A stretch of DNA of 64,000 nucleotides, taken from positions 1 through 64,000 of IMG/VR virus record IMGVR_UViG_3300021478_000019; one strand, written 5' to 3'. Origin of the DNA: a virus. A program made the position numbers and the translations under genes. Below the pieces are notes generated by a model. That model ran no database searches and had not been told where the DNA came from. It saw nothing but the letters and a program-made list of their open reading frames with translations. Positions 38,612 to 48,920 of the stretch are shown piece by piece (position 1 is the first letter of the stretch; each line of letters opens with the position of its first letter).

Positions 38612-40455
38612 AAGCAGAAAGTTTCCCCCTCTTGTCCTCGATGCGGGCCCGCGTCTCGGCCAGCTTCTCGTTGTGCTTGTCGGTCAGGTACTTGATGGCG
38701 CAGGGGTAGCAGTAGAACCGGGGCGCCGGGGAGCGGTCAGACTCGGTCTCCACTCCCACCTCGGCGCCACGCCGGCAATGCCGGCCCTCGCGCTGGTAGC
38801 CCAGAGGCAGGTTGCCATGCACGATCAGGCGCAGCTGCTGAGTCTCGCTCAGCCCATTCCAGCAGGGCAGGTTGTACAGGCCGCGTTCGCACCTAGTCAT
38901 CGGGCCCGCACCGGAAAGGCCAGCACCATGCCTCGCCGCTCTACCAGGTGTACGAAGTTCACCACAGCCTCGTCAGTGATGTCGAGGATCCTGGTCTGAA
39001 AGAGATCAGCCAGGAGGTGGCGCACCTCCTCTAGTTCGGCCTTGGTCATGTCTGCTCTGTCTCGGGCTCAAAGAGGTGCGCCGCCTCTTTGCTGGTGGCG
39101 CAGCGACCACAGCGCTGGCGGTCGACGGTTTCGTGGTCGTTGCGAATGTGTCCACAGATGGCGCACTTCGTCGAGGGTGGGTAATCGGTCATGGAGTGCG
39201 CCACCAGTCGGTGGGGGCGTCGGGCAGGGTGTCGACGAACTTGGCCTTGGTGCGCCAGGTGCGGCCACAGATGAAGCAGCGCACCCGGCTGTAGGCACTC
39301 CACTGCCAGCGATAGCCGTTGAAGGCACTGGCGTTGCCGTTGCGCTGGGTGACCTTCCACTCAGGCTTGTGGCTCTTGTCCAGGCAGCACATGTAGTCCC
39401 GCCTCATCGCTCGGGCACATTCGGATTGTCAGGTGAGTCCTCGATCCAGCCGTAATCGTCCGGGGGCCCGTAGTCGCGCTCGTCCTCGGCCTGGTCGATG
39501 CGGGGATCGTCATCGTCGTCGTAGGGGCGTCGGCCCATGTCAGTCCTCCTCCTCCTCAGAGGGTGGTTCCTTGCCTGTCTGCTCACACCAGTCGCACCCG
39601 TCGCCATGACATACCTGGCAGGGGGGTGGGAAGAGGTCGCTCATGACTCCCTCCTGGGCCCGTAGACCTTCAGCACCTCGATGGCCCGGAGGGCTCCTGG
39701 CTTATCGTCATGGCTGTCAGGCAGCGTGCCCGCCCAGTCCTCCAGGGTGGCGATGGCACGGGCCAACCCATCGGTCTCCTCGGTGCGAGCCTCCCTGGTC
39801 AGGATGGCCACGCAGCGCTGGCACTGATCGAAATGGATGACCTGGGGGAACATGGTCCCGGTGGTGTAGAGGTATTTCTGCCCGCACTTGGCGGTGTAGT
39901 GGTTGCTGCGGTCGTAGCCGCTCTTCTCTCGGGTGTCCGGGTCGCAGGCGTGCGCCTTGCCGGTGTCGGCGTAGCTGGTCTTGTAGCCAGCCAGGTACTC
40001 GGTCATGACTGCTCCTCTGCGGCCAGTAGGAGCAGGCGCACACGGGCGAAGGCCACCTGGTCGTCCTCGTCGAGCGTGGCCTTGTGGTCCTGCTCAAAGT
40101 CAGCCAGGGCAAAGCGCAGGTCACGCAGGCTGATGCCCTCGTCCTCGTCGGCGCCCTGGCCAGGGTCGCCCCAGTGGGGCTCCACGTAGGAGTCAACCGC
40201 GTCTTCGGCGTCCTGGCGAGCCTCCCGGTGGACCGGGCAGAAGGGGTCGACGGCGTCACCAGGGCAGCAGCAGTCCAACTCGTCGGCGCCCTCGTAGGCC
40301 CGCTCGTACTCATCGGTGCCCCGGATGAAGGAGTTGATGGAGCCCTCCCGGCCACAGATGCTGTGCAGCATCTGCATGTCAGGCTGGGGGATGAAGGTGC
40401 CGGAATAGGTGTCGCACTCTGGGCACCGGTAGCCGGGGTCTTGGTTCGTGGTCAT
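38571..40455 (-). CDS. Run of small, often Cys-rich hypothetical ORFs (starts include 40455, 40006, 39407, 38900)
   Basis: ATGA overlaps; 40455 is leaderless. Confidence 0.55.
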
Positions 40456-40500
40456 GGCTACACTGTACTCCTACCAGGAGCAGCATGCAAGTCAGGGGTA
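40456..40500 (-). promoter_or_regulatory. GACTTGCA-type leaderless promoter 4
   Basis: TACCCCTGAC-TTGCAT-N17-TACAGT-N6-ATG. Confidence 0.82.
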
Positions 40501-41144
40501 GAGGAATCTTCCTCCTGCTCCACCTCGACCAGTTCACTGCTCTCACCATGGCCCCCGCAGCTGGCGCAGCTGAACAGGTCACCCTCGTCGTAGGCGATGA
40601 GCCCGTGGGCCCACACGGGCCCACGGTTGAAGGACAGGCGATGGCTGTCGCCGCAGTAGGGGCAGGCTTCGGTCATGACTCTTCCCTCCGGTTGACCACC
40701 AGCTGCAACAGGTTGGCCTGATCGGGCTCCCCCTGCTCCCTGTGCCACCCGACCTGAGCCTGAATGGCATCGCTGTCGATGTCAGCCAGATGCGCTACCA
40801 GGAGGGCCACTGCGGCCTCCTGCAGCTTCTCATGGGCGTGGCGGGCGAAGGTTTCCTGGCAGAAGGCCAGGTTGCCGACGACTCGCCCGGTGTCGCCGCA
40901 TACACATGTCCACACATACGTGTTGCGGTCGATGTCCACATGCCAGCGATGGGCACCGACGTAGCCGGTATCAAAGGGCCCGGTGGTACTCATGACTGCT
41001 CCTTGATGACGTGCTTGTAGATTCCGAACTTATGATCGAGGACGTGCCAAGCAGTGAGATCATCGAGTGAGTCATCAAGGAGGGGAGCATCGGCCCCGAC
41101 GAAATGCTCAGAGATCAAATGCTCTACCAGGGCAGTCTTGGTCA
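40458..41144 (-). CDS. Three small hypothetical ORFs downstream of ardC
   Basis: ATGA overlaps; GGAG ribosome-binding sites. Confidence 0.5.
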
Positions 41145-42101
41145 TCATGACTCCTCCTCTTCGGTGTCGACGGGCAGGTTGCCCACGATGCGGTTGACGG
41201 CTTTCTGAGCCGCACTGGCAGCCTGGATGATCAGGTTCTTGTCACCCTTCAGCGCCTTGATCCAGTGGGCCAGGTAGGCGGCACTGGAGTCGAGCGTGGC
41301 CTGCTGCTCGATGCCGGCGATGGCGCACAGCATGGCGGCGCCAAGCTCAGCGATTAGCTCCTCGTTTGAATACACGGCGTCCCCGAAGGCGCCGAAGGTG
41401 CCCTCAGCGATGCCCTGGCGAGCCTCACGGCTGGAGTGCCCGGTCGAGTGGACGGCTTCGTGGAACTTAGTGGAGTGGTACGCCTCGGCGCTGTGGAACT
41501 GGTCACGCAGGGGCAGCTGGATGTGGTCGGTGCCGGGCTGGTAGTAGGCCCGATCGCCCCCATGACCCAGCGATGGCCCGGTGGCCAGGTAGTCAGCGAC
41601 GATGGCCTCAGCGCCCTCGATGGCCTCTACCGGGGTGCGGACGGCGACCTTGGGCAGCCGGGCATCCTCGGCCCAGTCGCACTGGTCGACATTGAAGACG
41701 TGGAACAGGCGCAGGATGTGGAACTTCTTGATGGTGCCGTCATCCTGCTCCCGCTCAAAGGTGATGGGGCGAATGATCTCGACTGACTTCTCACCCTTGC
41801 GGACCTGGCCGCCGCGTTCGGACATCTGCTTGTAGGTGCCCCAGTACAGCGAGTTGTAGCCCTTTTCCAGGGCGGTGAGCCACAGGACCAGGACATTGGA
41901 GCCCTGGTAGGGCTTGTAGGTGGCCAGCGAGGTGGGCAGGCCAGCGATGCCGTCCCACTCCTTGTGCCAGATGACGGTGCCAGCCTCCAGGGCGGCGATG
42001 ATCTTGTTGGTGGTCTCCTGGGCGGCATCACGTACGACCTTGGTCACACGGGCCTCATGCTTAATAGACACCTTGGGTCGGGATTTGGTTGCGGTTGCCA
42101 T
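41145..42101 (-). CDS. ardC: ArdC-family antirestriction protein (ssDNA-binding plus zincin MPTase domain)
   Basis: Y.G.N..L, W.TYKQ....GGQVRKGEK, VFNVDQ, AYY.P..D.I.LP, FHEAVH.TGH, EELIAELG. Confidence 0.93.
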   Translation of the reverse strand: MATATKSRPKVSIKHEARVTKVVRDAAQETTNKIIAALEAGTVIWHKEWDGIAGLPTSLATYKPYQGSNVLVLWLTALEKGYNSLYWGTYKQMSERGGQVRKGEKSVEIIRPITFEREQDDGTIKKFHILRLFHVFNVDQCDWAEDARLPKVAVRTPVEAIEGAEAIVADYLATGPSLGHGGDRAYYQPGTDHIQLPLRDQFHSAEAYHSTKFHEAVHSTGHSSREARQGIAEGTFGAFGDAVYSNEELIAELGAAMLCAIAGIEQQATLDSSAAYLAHWIKALKGDKNLIIQAASAAQKAVNRIVGNLPVDTEEEES

Positions 42102-42150
42102 GTCATTTACCTTAGGTCACTCGGACTCGGGATGCAAGTCAGGGCTAGAG
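42102..42150 (-). promoter_or_regulatory. GACTTGCA-type leaderless promoter 5 (ardC)
   Basis: CTAGCCCTGAC-TTGCAT-N17-TAAGGT-N7-ATG. Confidence 0.82.
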
Positions 42151-42846
42151 ATTTGTTGAAGAGTGTGCGCTACCCATTCCAGCTGGTAGGCGACCTCGAT
42201 GATCTCGGAGTCGGACATGGTCTCCATGTCATTGACCTGCGACTCGGGCACGGTGGCGATGACCAGGTCACTGGCCATGCCCCAGGTGCCCGTCTGGCGG
42301 TCGATGAAGATGCGAAAGGAGGTCATGACTGCGCCTCGTATTCAGCCTCCACGGCTGCGTTGTACTCGGTGCTGTAGTCGCGGATGACCTCGATGGGCTG
42401 GTCCCAATCCACGTAGCGATCAACCTGGTGCAGGCCACCAGGGCGGGCTTCCAGGCGAACCAGGCGGGGCCGGTCGCCCCTAGCGGTGGCGTCGTTGAAC
42501 ATGACGGCCTCATAGAGGGTGCGCCCACCGGGGAGGCGGAACACTCCCTCATTGCCGATCAGTTCGCAGGCGGGCTGGGTGGGGTAGCGAGTGTCACTCA
42601 TGACCGGCGACGCCTCTTGCTGTCCTGCTCCAGCGCACGCATGGCCCGCTGCTCAGCGCGGTCCAGCGCACGCATGTCAGCGTCGTAGATGGCCTCGCCC
42701 CCGTCCCCCAGGTGATCAGCGTCATCCTTGGAGCCGTAGCGAGCGATGTAATCGGAGCGGGTGGGGCCGCACTTGTCGACCCACTTGCGCTCCTGATCGA
42801 GCCAGTAGAGCGCACTCTCTAGCTCTGTCTTGGGCTTGGTTGTCAT
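42117..42846 (-). CDS. Three coupled small ORFs (42846-42598, 42601-42323, 42326-42117)
   Basis: ATGA overlaps; the first is leaderless. Confidence 0.6.
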
Positions 42847-42984
42847 GGCGCACACTGTACTCCTACCCTGAGACAATGCAAGTCGGGTCTAGGAGATCCC
42901 TGCATAAGGGCAGGTCAGAGCCCAGATAAAACTTTTCCCTAGGGGTGACTTGCAATGGGTGCCCGTAGGAGTAGTGTATGCGCC
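42847..42984. promoter_or_regulatory. Back-to-back GACTTGCA promoters 6 and 7, the divergence point of the early-type region
   Basis: Minus: GAC-TTGCAT-N16-TACAGT-N7-ATG (42846); plus: TAGGGGTGAC-TTGCAA-N16-TAGTGT-N7-ATG (42985). Confidence 0.82.
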
Positions 42985-43628
42985 ATGACATCCGACCATA
43001 TCCCCGAGAACATCCGCCGCATCCTGGCCCCGGCGCCAGGCTCTGTCATCGCCGTGCGGGTGCGCCCCTCTGAATCCATGTCCCAGTTCCCTCCCCAGTT
43101 CATCGCGGAGGACATCGAAGACCTGCTGGAGCGCTCCTCCCGTGAATGGGGCGGCGAACAGTGCGATAACTGCGGCTGCGACGGCTACGTCATCGAGCGT
43201 GACCCCACCTTCCCCTCCGACTTCCCCGAGGGCTGGGTGGTGCGCTGCTCCGGTAGCGAGTACTCAGACGGCTTCGTGAAGGGCTGCGACACCACCTACC
43301 GGCTGGGCTGGTTCCCCGAGAACCAGGTGGCCTTCTGATGGCCTACAACCCCATCACCGAGTATCGCCAGGCCAGCACCCGCCTGCGGGGTATCGCTCGC
43401 AACCGGGGCACCACCATGGCCACCACCTCTGCCCGCCAGCGTGCCATCGCTGACCAGGACCGCGCCGTGGGCGTGCTGCTTCGCAGCTACGACACCGGCT
43501 ACCACATCGTGGGGCTCCTGGTCGAGGAGGCCAAGCTGGCCGACCGTGACTGGCAGAACCGGCCTGAGCTAAAGGAGCGCATGCTCAAGCTGCGCCGTGA
43601 GCTACGTGAACTGGAGGCATGGCTGTGA
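42985..43628 (+). CDS. Two coupled hypothetical ORFs (42985-43338, 43338-43628)
   Basis: Leaderless start; TGATG coupling. Confidence 0.65.
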
Positions 43629-43705
43629 TCCTCCTGGTCTGCGTGGTCATGGGGACAGGGGTGCTGGCGACGGCCCTCCTGCTCCGCAGCCCACGCATCT
43701 AATCT

Positions 43706-43751
43706 CTAGGGGTGACTTGCATGCTCCCAGTGGGAGGTGTAGGTTGCCCCC
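43706..43751 (+). promoter_or_regulatory. GACTTGCA-type leaderless promoter 8
   Basis: CTAGGGGTGAC-TTGCAT-N17-TAGGTT-N6-ATG. Confidence 0.8.
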
Positions 43752-43889
43752 ATGACCAAGCGCAAGCCATCCAAACCGGCCCGCCGGGCCATGAACCCCT
43801 ACACCACCCTACGAGCCCAGACCATCCCATCCAAGAAGAAGGTCGCCAGCAAGCGTGCTTGCCGGGGCCGCGTCCAGACAGGAGACTGA
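43752..43889 (+). CDS. 45-aa highly basic protein, absent from the ORF track
   Basis: MTKRKPSKPARRAMNPYTTLRAQTIPSKKKVASKRACRGRVQTGD; starts at the promoter +1 position. Confidence 0.7.
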   Translation: MTKRKPSKPARRAMNPYTTLRAQTIPSKKKVASKRACRGRVQTGD

Positions 43890-43890
43890 C

Positions 43891-44691
43891 GTGAACCGCA
43901 ATCCCGACCGCACGCCGGTCACCGTCGAGCAGTTGGTGGCCATGGCCCGCAGCTGCGGCATGACCGACCAGGAGTTGGCCACCCAACGCGGCATCAACGA
44001 GAAGGCTGCTTTCTGGCGGTCCTTCTTGGAGGGCGTCACCCAGCAGTTGCGCTTTGAAATGTGCATGCGCGGCGAGTTGATCTTGGACACCTCCGAGCCC
44101 TTCGTCCCCAAGCCTGCCCCCACCATCACCGTCGACCCCTTCTTCACCAACCAGAAAGTATGTATCTGACATGACAACGACCAACCCATTCATCAATCGC
44201 CCGACCTGGGAAGAGGTGATCGACCCTCTGGCCGATTCCCCTCTCTGGGTCCACATCCGCCAAGCTGCCAGCATTGTGCTGGAGCATCTGCTGCACAACA
44301 TGGGTGACTTCGACTCGGGGATCTCCTCCAGTGACATCAACCACACTGTGTTCGGGACGGCGTCCTGGCTGGACCGCTCCTCGCCCACCTACCCCGGCGA
44401 CGTCCTCACCGCGCTGGTGCATCAGGGCTACGAGTCCCGGCCATGAGCCAGGACGACGTCGAGCGCGACGCCAAGCGATGGGCCACTGGGCTGGAACTGG
44501 CCGAGGGGCTCAGCGCCCAGGCATGGGTTGACCTGGCGCCGCACCTGTCCTGCCGGGAGGCCGAGTTGGTCAAAGCCTTCCTGCTGGCCTGGAAGACGCC
44601 GTGGGTCGCTCAGGTCTTCATCGAGGCCCACGCCAACAGCGATGACGACGAGGGCGACCTGCACTACCAGGGAGGAGGTGCAGATTCCTGA
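43891..44691 (+). CDS. Three small hypothetical ORFs (43891-44169, 44171-44446, 44443-44691)
   Basis: Tight spacing; AGGAG before 43891. Confidence 0.6.
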
Positions 44692-44695
44692 CAGC

Positions 44696-44764
44696 GGTGA
44701 CTTGCATGTCACGGGCAGGGCCACTAGGGTCTTGCCCGTGACCCCAGTGGGACTCCGAGACTAG
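44696..44764 (+). promoter_or_regulatory. GACTTGCA promoter 9 followed by an 8-codon minigene
   Basis: GGTGAC-TTGCAT-N17-TAGGGT-N7-GTG ACC CCA GTG GGA CTC CGA GAC TAG. Confidence 0.65.
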
Positions 44765-44807
44765 GGCTGCCTGTAAATACCCCGAAGACCCAGCCAAAGT
44801 TTCCCCT

Positions 44808-44850
44808 CTCCCTGACTTGCATGTGAGCCCCCCAGGAGTATGCTTGCACC
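44808..44850 (+). promoter_or_regulatory. GACTTGCA-type leaderless promoter 10
   Basis: CCCTGAC-TTGCAT-N16-TATGCT-N6-ATG. Confidence 0.82.
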
Positions 44851-45804
44851 ATGACATCCGACCAAGAGTACGAACTGGTGTACAAGGGCATCTGCGCCGT
44901 CGCCGCCCACTGTGACGGGGCCCAGTCCCTCGACTACGTGGGCTTCGACGGCCAGGACACCCACTTCGGGCGCCGCATCGCATCGGTGCCCTTTGATACC
45001 TGGACCCCCGCCGTGCGGGAAGAGGCGGCTCGCATCGCCAACAAGTATCAGGCCCAGATCCTGCGCTGGACGGGCATCGACGTCACCCTGCTCCAGGTGG
45101 TCAAGGATGCCAAGGGCATCGGCACCGTCCGGGCTGCCCGTGACGACGCCCGCACCTATGAACGCCGGGCCCGTGGGGCCAGCAAGGTGGCTGCCCGCAA
45201 GGTGGACGTGGAGGCGGGCCAGCTGCTCATCGCCTGGGTCAAGGGAGACCCGGACTTCTCGGCCCTCCTCGACGCCGCCAGGGCTCTGCCTGGTCGCCGG
45301 TTCAACGGCAATGGCTGGACCGCTCCGGTCTCCGATGAGGTGCGTGACATGATCCTGGTCTGGGACTTCCCGGTCACCCCGGCTGCCCAGGCTCTCCTCG
45401 ACGGGGCTGCCGAGTTGCCGGCAGCCCCCCAGGCGCCCAACATCACGCTCGACGACGCCCGCCATGTTGCCATCACCACCGGCTACGACGAGGCCATGCT
45501 GCAGCCCCTGCGGGCTCTGCCGGGTCGCCGTTGGGATGCCAGCCGCAAGGTCAACACGGCTGAGACCCACCCGGCGGTCATCCGCCTGGCCGCGAAGTTC
45601 AACCTGACCATGTCCCCCGAGGCTCGCCAGGCGTGCGAGACCGGGGCCACTGACCGCCAGGCTGCTGACCTGGCTGCCGGTGACGCCCAGGCCATCGTGG
45701 CCCACGTCAGCCGGGCCAAGGATCCCACCACCCTGCCGGATGCCTTTGAGGACATGCTGGCCCCCATCCTGGCCAGCTACGGGGCCGAGCGGGCACTGTC
45801 ATGA
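44851..45804 (+). CDS. Protein with CDGA...D..GF...D domain and two HARP-like repeats
   Basis: RALPGRRFN...W and RALPGRRWD repeats; QA..D N-terminal domain. Confidence 0.7.
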   Translation: MTSDQEYELVYKGICAVAAHCDGAQSLDYVGFDGQDTHFGRRIASVPFDTWTPAVREEAARIANKYQAQILRWTGIDVTLLQVVKDAKGIGTVRAARDDARTYERRARGASKVAARKVDVEAGQLLIAWVKGDPDFSALLDAARALPGRRFNGNGWTAPVSDEVRDMILVWDFPVTPAAQALLDGAAELPAAPQAPNITLDDARHVAITTGYDEAMLQPLRALPGRRWDASRKVNTAETHPAVIRLAAKFNLTMSPEARQACETGATDRQAADLAAGDAQAIVAHVSRAKDPTTLPDAFEDMLAPILASYGAERALS

Positions 45805-46607
45805 CCGCCAATCAGGCCACCTACTTCGACGAGCCCTGCACCATCTGCCAGGGCCGCGGCGTCATCACTCAGGACGACGTCTTCCCCTGCCCCAGCTGTG
45901 GGACCAAGAACCGCATCCCCATGGGCGTGCGGGCCCGCTGCGGCAAGTGCCACGGGGCCATGACCGGGGCTCTGCCCATCACGGTGGAGTGCCCGTACTG
46001 CGAGGGCTACAAGACCAGTGGCTGGGCTCTCCGCAACCAGGTGGACGACGCCAACCATCGGTCCTGGCTGCGCCGGGCGGTGGGCTACATCCCCATCGTC
46101 TGGATGATCAGGCTGATATGGGGCGCCTACGCCCGCACGCCTGGCCACCAGGCTCGTCGCCTGTTCACCACCCAGGAGGAGGTCAATACGGTCAGGCTGG
46201 CCAGCCAGGCCGCGACCGCCGGGTTCATCTTCAAACAGTCGATGAACCAGCACCATCGCCACCAGGCCCAGGCCCAGCAGGCGCCACCAGGGAGCTATTA
46301 CAACCAGGCTCCTGGCACCTGGTCGCCGTATGCGCCGGGCTCGCCTCAGCCGGGGCCCGCCTGGTCACCCGGAGGCCCACAGCCGGGCTGGACGTCGCCC
46401 CAGGCGCCCAATGGAGGCCAGCAGTTCTACTTCCCCCCGCATCACGGCAATGCTCACCAGGCGCAGGCCGACCAGTGGAACTACCAGTTCAACCCGAGTC
46501 ATCACAACCAGCCGCCGCAGGCTTCCCACGCTCATCCTCACAACCCGTATGCCGACAGCTGGAATGACCGGTACAACCCGAGCCATCACCACCCAGGTCA
46601 GAAATGA
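45801..46607 (+). CDS. Zn-finger protein with Q/P/H/N-rich low-complexity tail
   Basis: Four CxxC pairs, a hydrophobic segment and a prion-like C-terminus. Confidence 0.7.
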   Translation: MTANQATYFDEPCTICQGRGVITQDDVFPCPSCGTKNRIPMGVRARCGKCHGAMTGALPITVECPYCEGYKTSGWALRNQVDDANHRSWLRRAVGYIPIVWMIRLIWGAYARTPGHQARRLFTTQEEVNTVRLASQAATAGFIFKQSMNQHHRHQAQAQQAPPGSYYNQAPGTWSPYAPGSPQPGPAWSPGGPQPGWTSPQAPNGGQQFYFPPHHGNAHQAQADQWNYQFNPSHHNQPPQASHAHPHNPYADSWNDRYNPSHHHPGQK

Positions 46608-46610
46608 TCC

Positions 46611-46657
46611 CTAGCCCTGACTTGCATGTGTCCCGACCCGTGACCTACTCTTGACCC
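46611..46657 (+). promoter_or_regulatory. GACTTGCA-type leaderless promoter 11
   Basis: CTAGCCCTGAC-TTGCAT-N18-TACTCT-N6-ATG. Confidence 0.8.
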
Positions 46658-48124
46658 ATGGCACTCAACTTCAACTCATTCCTCCCCGAGGGGGTGGATC
46701 TCTACGATTACCAGCACGTCGGCGTGGCCCTGGCCCTCTACAACACCGCGGATGGCAAGGGCACCTGGCTGGCCGATGAGCAGGGGCTGGGCAAGACCCG
46801 CCAGGCCATCACCGTGGCCCTGGTCAAGGGCTGCAAGAAGATCCTGGTGGTCTGCAAGTCGGCCCTCAAGGCGAACTGGGAGCGTGAGATCAATCAGTGC
46901 GCCCCGCAGTGGACGACCCAGGTGCTGGGCGGCACTCGCCCCTACGAGACCATGGCCCAGTGCGTGATTATCTCGTTTGATCTCCTGGCCACCTGGTCCG
47001 ATGCCCTCCTCTTCGACGGCTTCGACGCCCTGATCATCGACGAGTCGCACTACGTCAAGAGCAAGGGCACGGCCCGCCAGCCGGTGCAACGGACCATGGC
47101 TGCCCTCAAGATTGGCGAGCAGCTGCGGGCCCGCAAGGGGCTCATCCTGCTCCTCAGTGGCACGCCCCTGTTGAACCGTCCGGTGGAACTGGTGACCCAG
47201 CTGGAACTGATGGGTCGTCTGGAGGAGATCAGCCCCACCCCTCGCCGGGCCAACCCCACGGCCAAGGATTGGGAGTACGCCTTCAAGTTCTCATTCTGTG
47301 GGGCCCACAACAACGGCCATGGCTGGGAGTTCAAGGGCTCCAGCAACCTGGACCTGCTCAATACGCGGGCCCGCAGCCGGTGCCTGATCCGCCGCCTCCG
47401 CACCGAGGTGCTGGACATGTCCGAGACCCATCGCATCCAAACGCCGCTCAGCCTGAACGGTGGCCTCGACGAGTACCGCCGGATCGAGCGCAACTTCGTG
47501 GCCAAGAATGACCAGTCCTACTACCTGGAACTGATGAACGCCCTGCGCCAGGCTGCCGGGCTGGCCAAGGTGGACGCGGCGGTCGATTGGATCAACACCT
47601 ACCTGGAGGAGAACCCCGACAAGAAGCTGGTGGTCTGGGCCTGGCACATCCCGGTGCAACGGGAGATCGCCCGCAAGGTCAAGGGCGCCATCTACTTCAA
47701 GGGCGAGCAGGACAAGGGCCGGGTCGAGGAGGCCAAGGCGCAGTTCAACACCGGTGACGCCCGCGTCATCGTCTGCAGCCTGCAGGCGCACCGTGAGGGC
47801 CACACGCTGGTGGGCGATGGCCATAACGTCACTGACTGCCTCTTCGTCGAGAGCCCCTGGCACCCCGGCGCCGTGAGCCAGGCCGAGGATCGGATCAATC
47901 GCATCGGGCGCAAGGCTGACGCCGTGTTCGCCACCACCCTGACCGTGCCCAACACCATCGACCAGGAACTGGCCGACCTCATCGCCGAGAAGTGGGACAC
48001 CTTCCGGGGCGCCGTGGATGGCACCGTGCCCGAGGGGGCCGAGGATGACATCCAGGCCATCCTGATGGCCCGCCTGCGGGCCCGCAAGGCGCAGGAGGCC
48101 CAGGAGGGGGGTGAGGCCAGCTGA
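46658..48124 (+). CDS. SNF2-family (SMARCAL1-like) helicase
   Basis: YQ, LADEQGLGKT, DESH, LSGTP..NRP.EL, EG.TL, QAEDR..RIG motifs. Confidence 0.93.
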   Translation: MALNFNSFLPEGVDLYDYQHVGVALALYNTADGKGTWLADEQGLGKTRQAITVALVKGCKKILVVCKSALKANWEREINQCAPQWTTQVLGGTRPYETMAQCVIISFDLLATWSDALLFDGFDALIIDESHYVKSKGTARQPVQRTMAALKIGEQLRARKGLILLLSGTPLLNRPVELVTQLELMGRLEEISPTPRRANPTAKDWEYAFKFSFCGAHNNGHGWEFKGSSNLDLLNTRARSRCLIRRLRTEVLDMSETHRIQTPLSLNGGLDEYRRIERNFVAKNDQSYYLELMNALRQAAGLAKVDAAVDWINTYLEENPDKKLVVWAWHIPVQREIARKVKGAIYFKGEQDKGRVEEAKAQFNTGDARVIVCSLQAHREGHTLVGDGHNVTDCLFVESPWHPGAVSQAEDRINRIGRKADAVFATTLTVPNTIDQELADLIAEKWDTFRGAVDGTVPEGAEDDIQAILMARLRARKAQEAQEGGEAS

Positions 48125-48170
48125 GCGCCTTAGCATGGCTCCCACTGCCCACCACGGGCAGCACAACCAG

Positions 48171-48211
48171 AGAACCCCCAGGCTCCGTACTCCGCTCAGC
48201 CTGGGGGTTCT
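48171..48211 (+). terminator. Terminator-like hairpin
   Basis: 14-bp stem AGAACCCCCAGGCT/AGCCTGGGGGTTCT. Confidence 0.75.
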
Positions 48212-48212
48212 T

Positions 48213-48270
48213 GCATTTCCAGGCTAGGGGTGACTTGCACGCCAGGAGCCCAGCCCCTAGCATGCCTGGC
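48213..48270 (+). promoter_or_regulatory. GACTTGCA-type leaderless promoter 12
   Basis: CTAGGGGTGAC-TTGCAC-N17-TAGCAT-N7-ATG. Confidence 0.82.
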
Positions 48271-48861
48271 ATGACAACGAAGACCAACCCCGTCACCCCC
48301 GAGCTTGAGGCTGCCGCCGTGCGCGTCGTCGCCTCCCTGAACGAAGTCCCCGCTGGCTTCGTGCCCGCCGCCCCCGGCCCCCGCCCCACCGTGGGCCAGG
48401 TCGTCAGCTGCTGGGGCCACAACAAGCAGCGCGTCGGCATCGTGACTGAAGTAACCAAGACCCGTGTGCATGTCCTGTTCACCACGCCGGGCGCCATCAA
48501 GGAGGCCCAGGACAGCGTGGCCCGGACCATGGAGCGCCCCACCAGCCTGGAGGCCCACATCGCGGAGAACCGGCCCTACGTCACCTCCAACTACCTCTTC
48601 GACCTGGCCGAGTCCCGGCTGGAGACGGCCAAGTATGGCCGCACCTACAAGGGTGAGGTGGACACCGAGCATCTCCTGCGCCACGCCGACGCCCTGGCTG
48701 CCATCGAGGACGAGGGCTTTGAGGCCCGCCTGACCCGCCTGTCCCAGACCGAGTTGGACGGCGTGCTGGCCCGCCGCCTGGTCCCCTGGCAGGCCAGGGT
48801 GACCATGACCCACAGCTGGAAGAAGATCTCCGAGGTCTTCGTCCTGCCCGAGGAGGTGTAG
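48271..48861 (+). CDS. Hypothetical protein, leaderless
   Basis: ATG at the promoter +1 position; codon usage. Confidence 0.7.
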   Translation: MTTKTNPVTPELEAAAVRVVASLNEVPAGFVPAAPGPRPTVGQVVSCWGHNKQRVGIVTEVTKTRVHVLFTTPGAIKEAQDSVARTMERPTSLEAHIAENRPYVTSNYLFDLAESRLETAKYGRTYKGEVDTEHLLRHADALAAIEDEGFEARLTRLSQTELDGVLARRLVPWQARVTMTHSWKKISEVFVLPEEV

Positions 48862-48890
48862 CCCCTGGCCACCACCCCACCATATCCACC

Positions 48891-48919
48891 AGGAGCCCTC
48901 CCCAACCGGGAGGGCTCCT
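48891..48919 (+). terminator. Terminator-like hairpin
   Basis: 12-bp stem AGGAGCCCTCCC/GGGAGGGCTCCT. Confidence 0.75.
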
Positions 48920-48920
48920 C

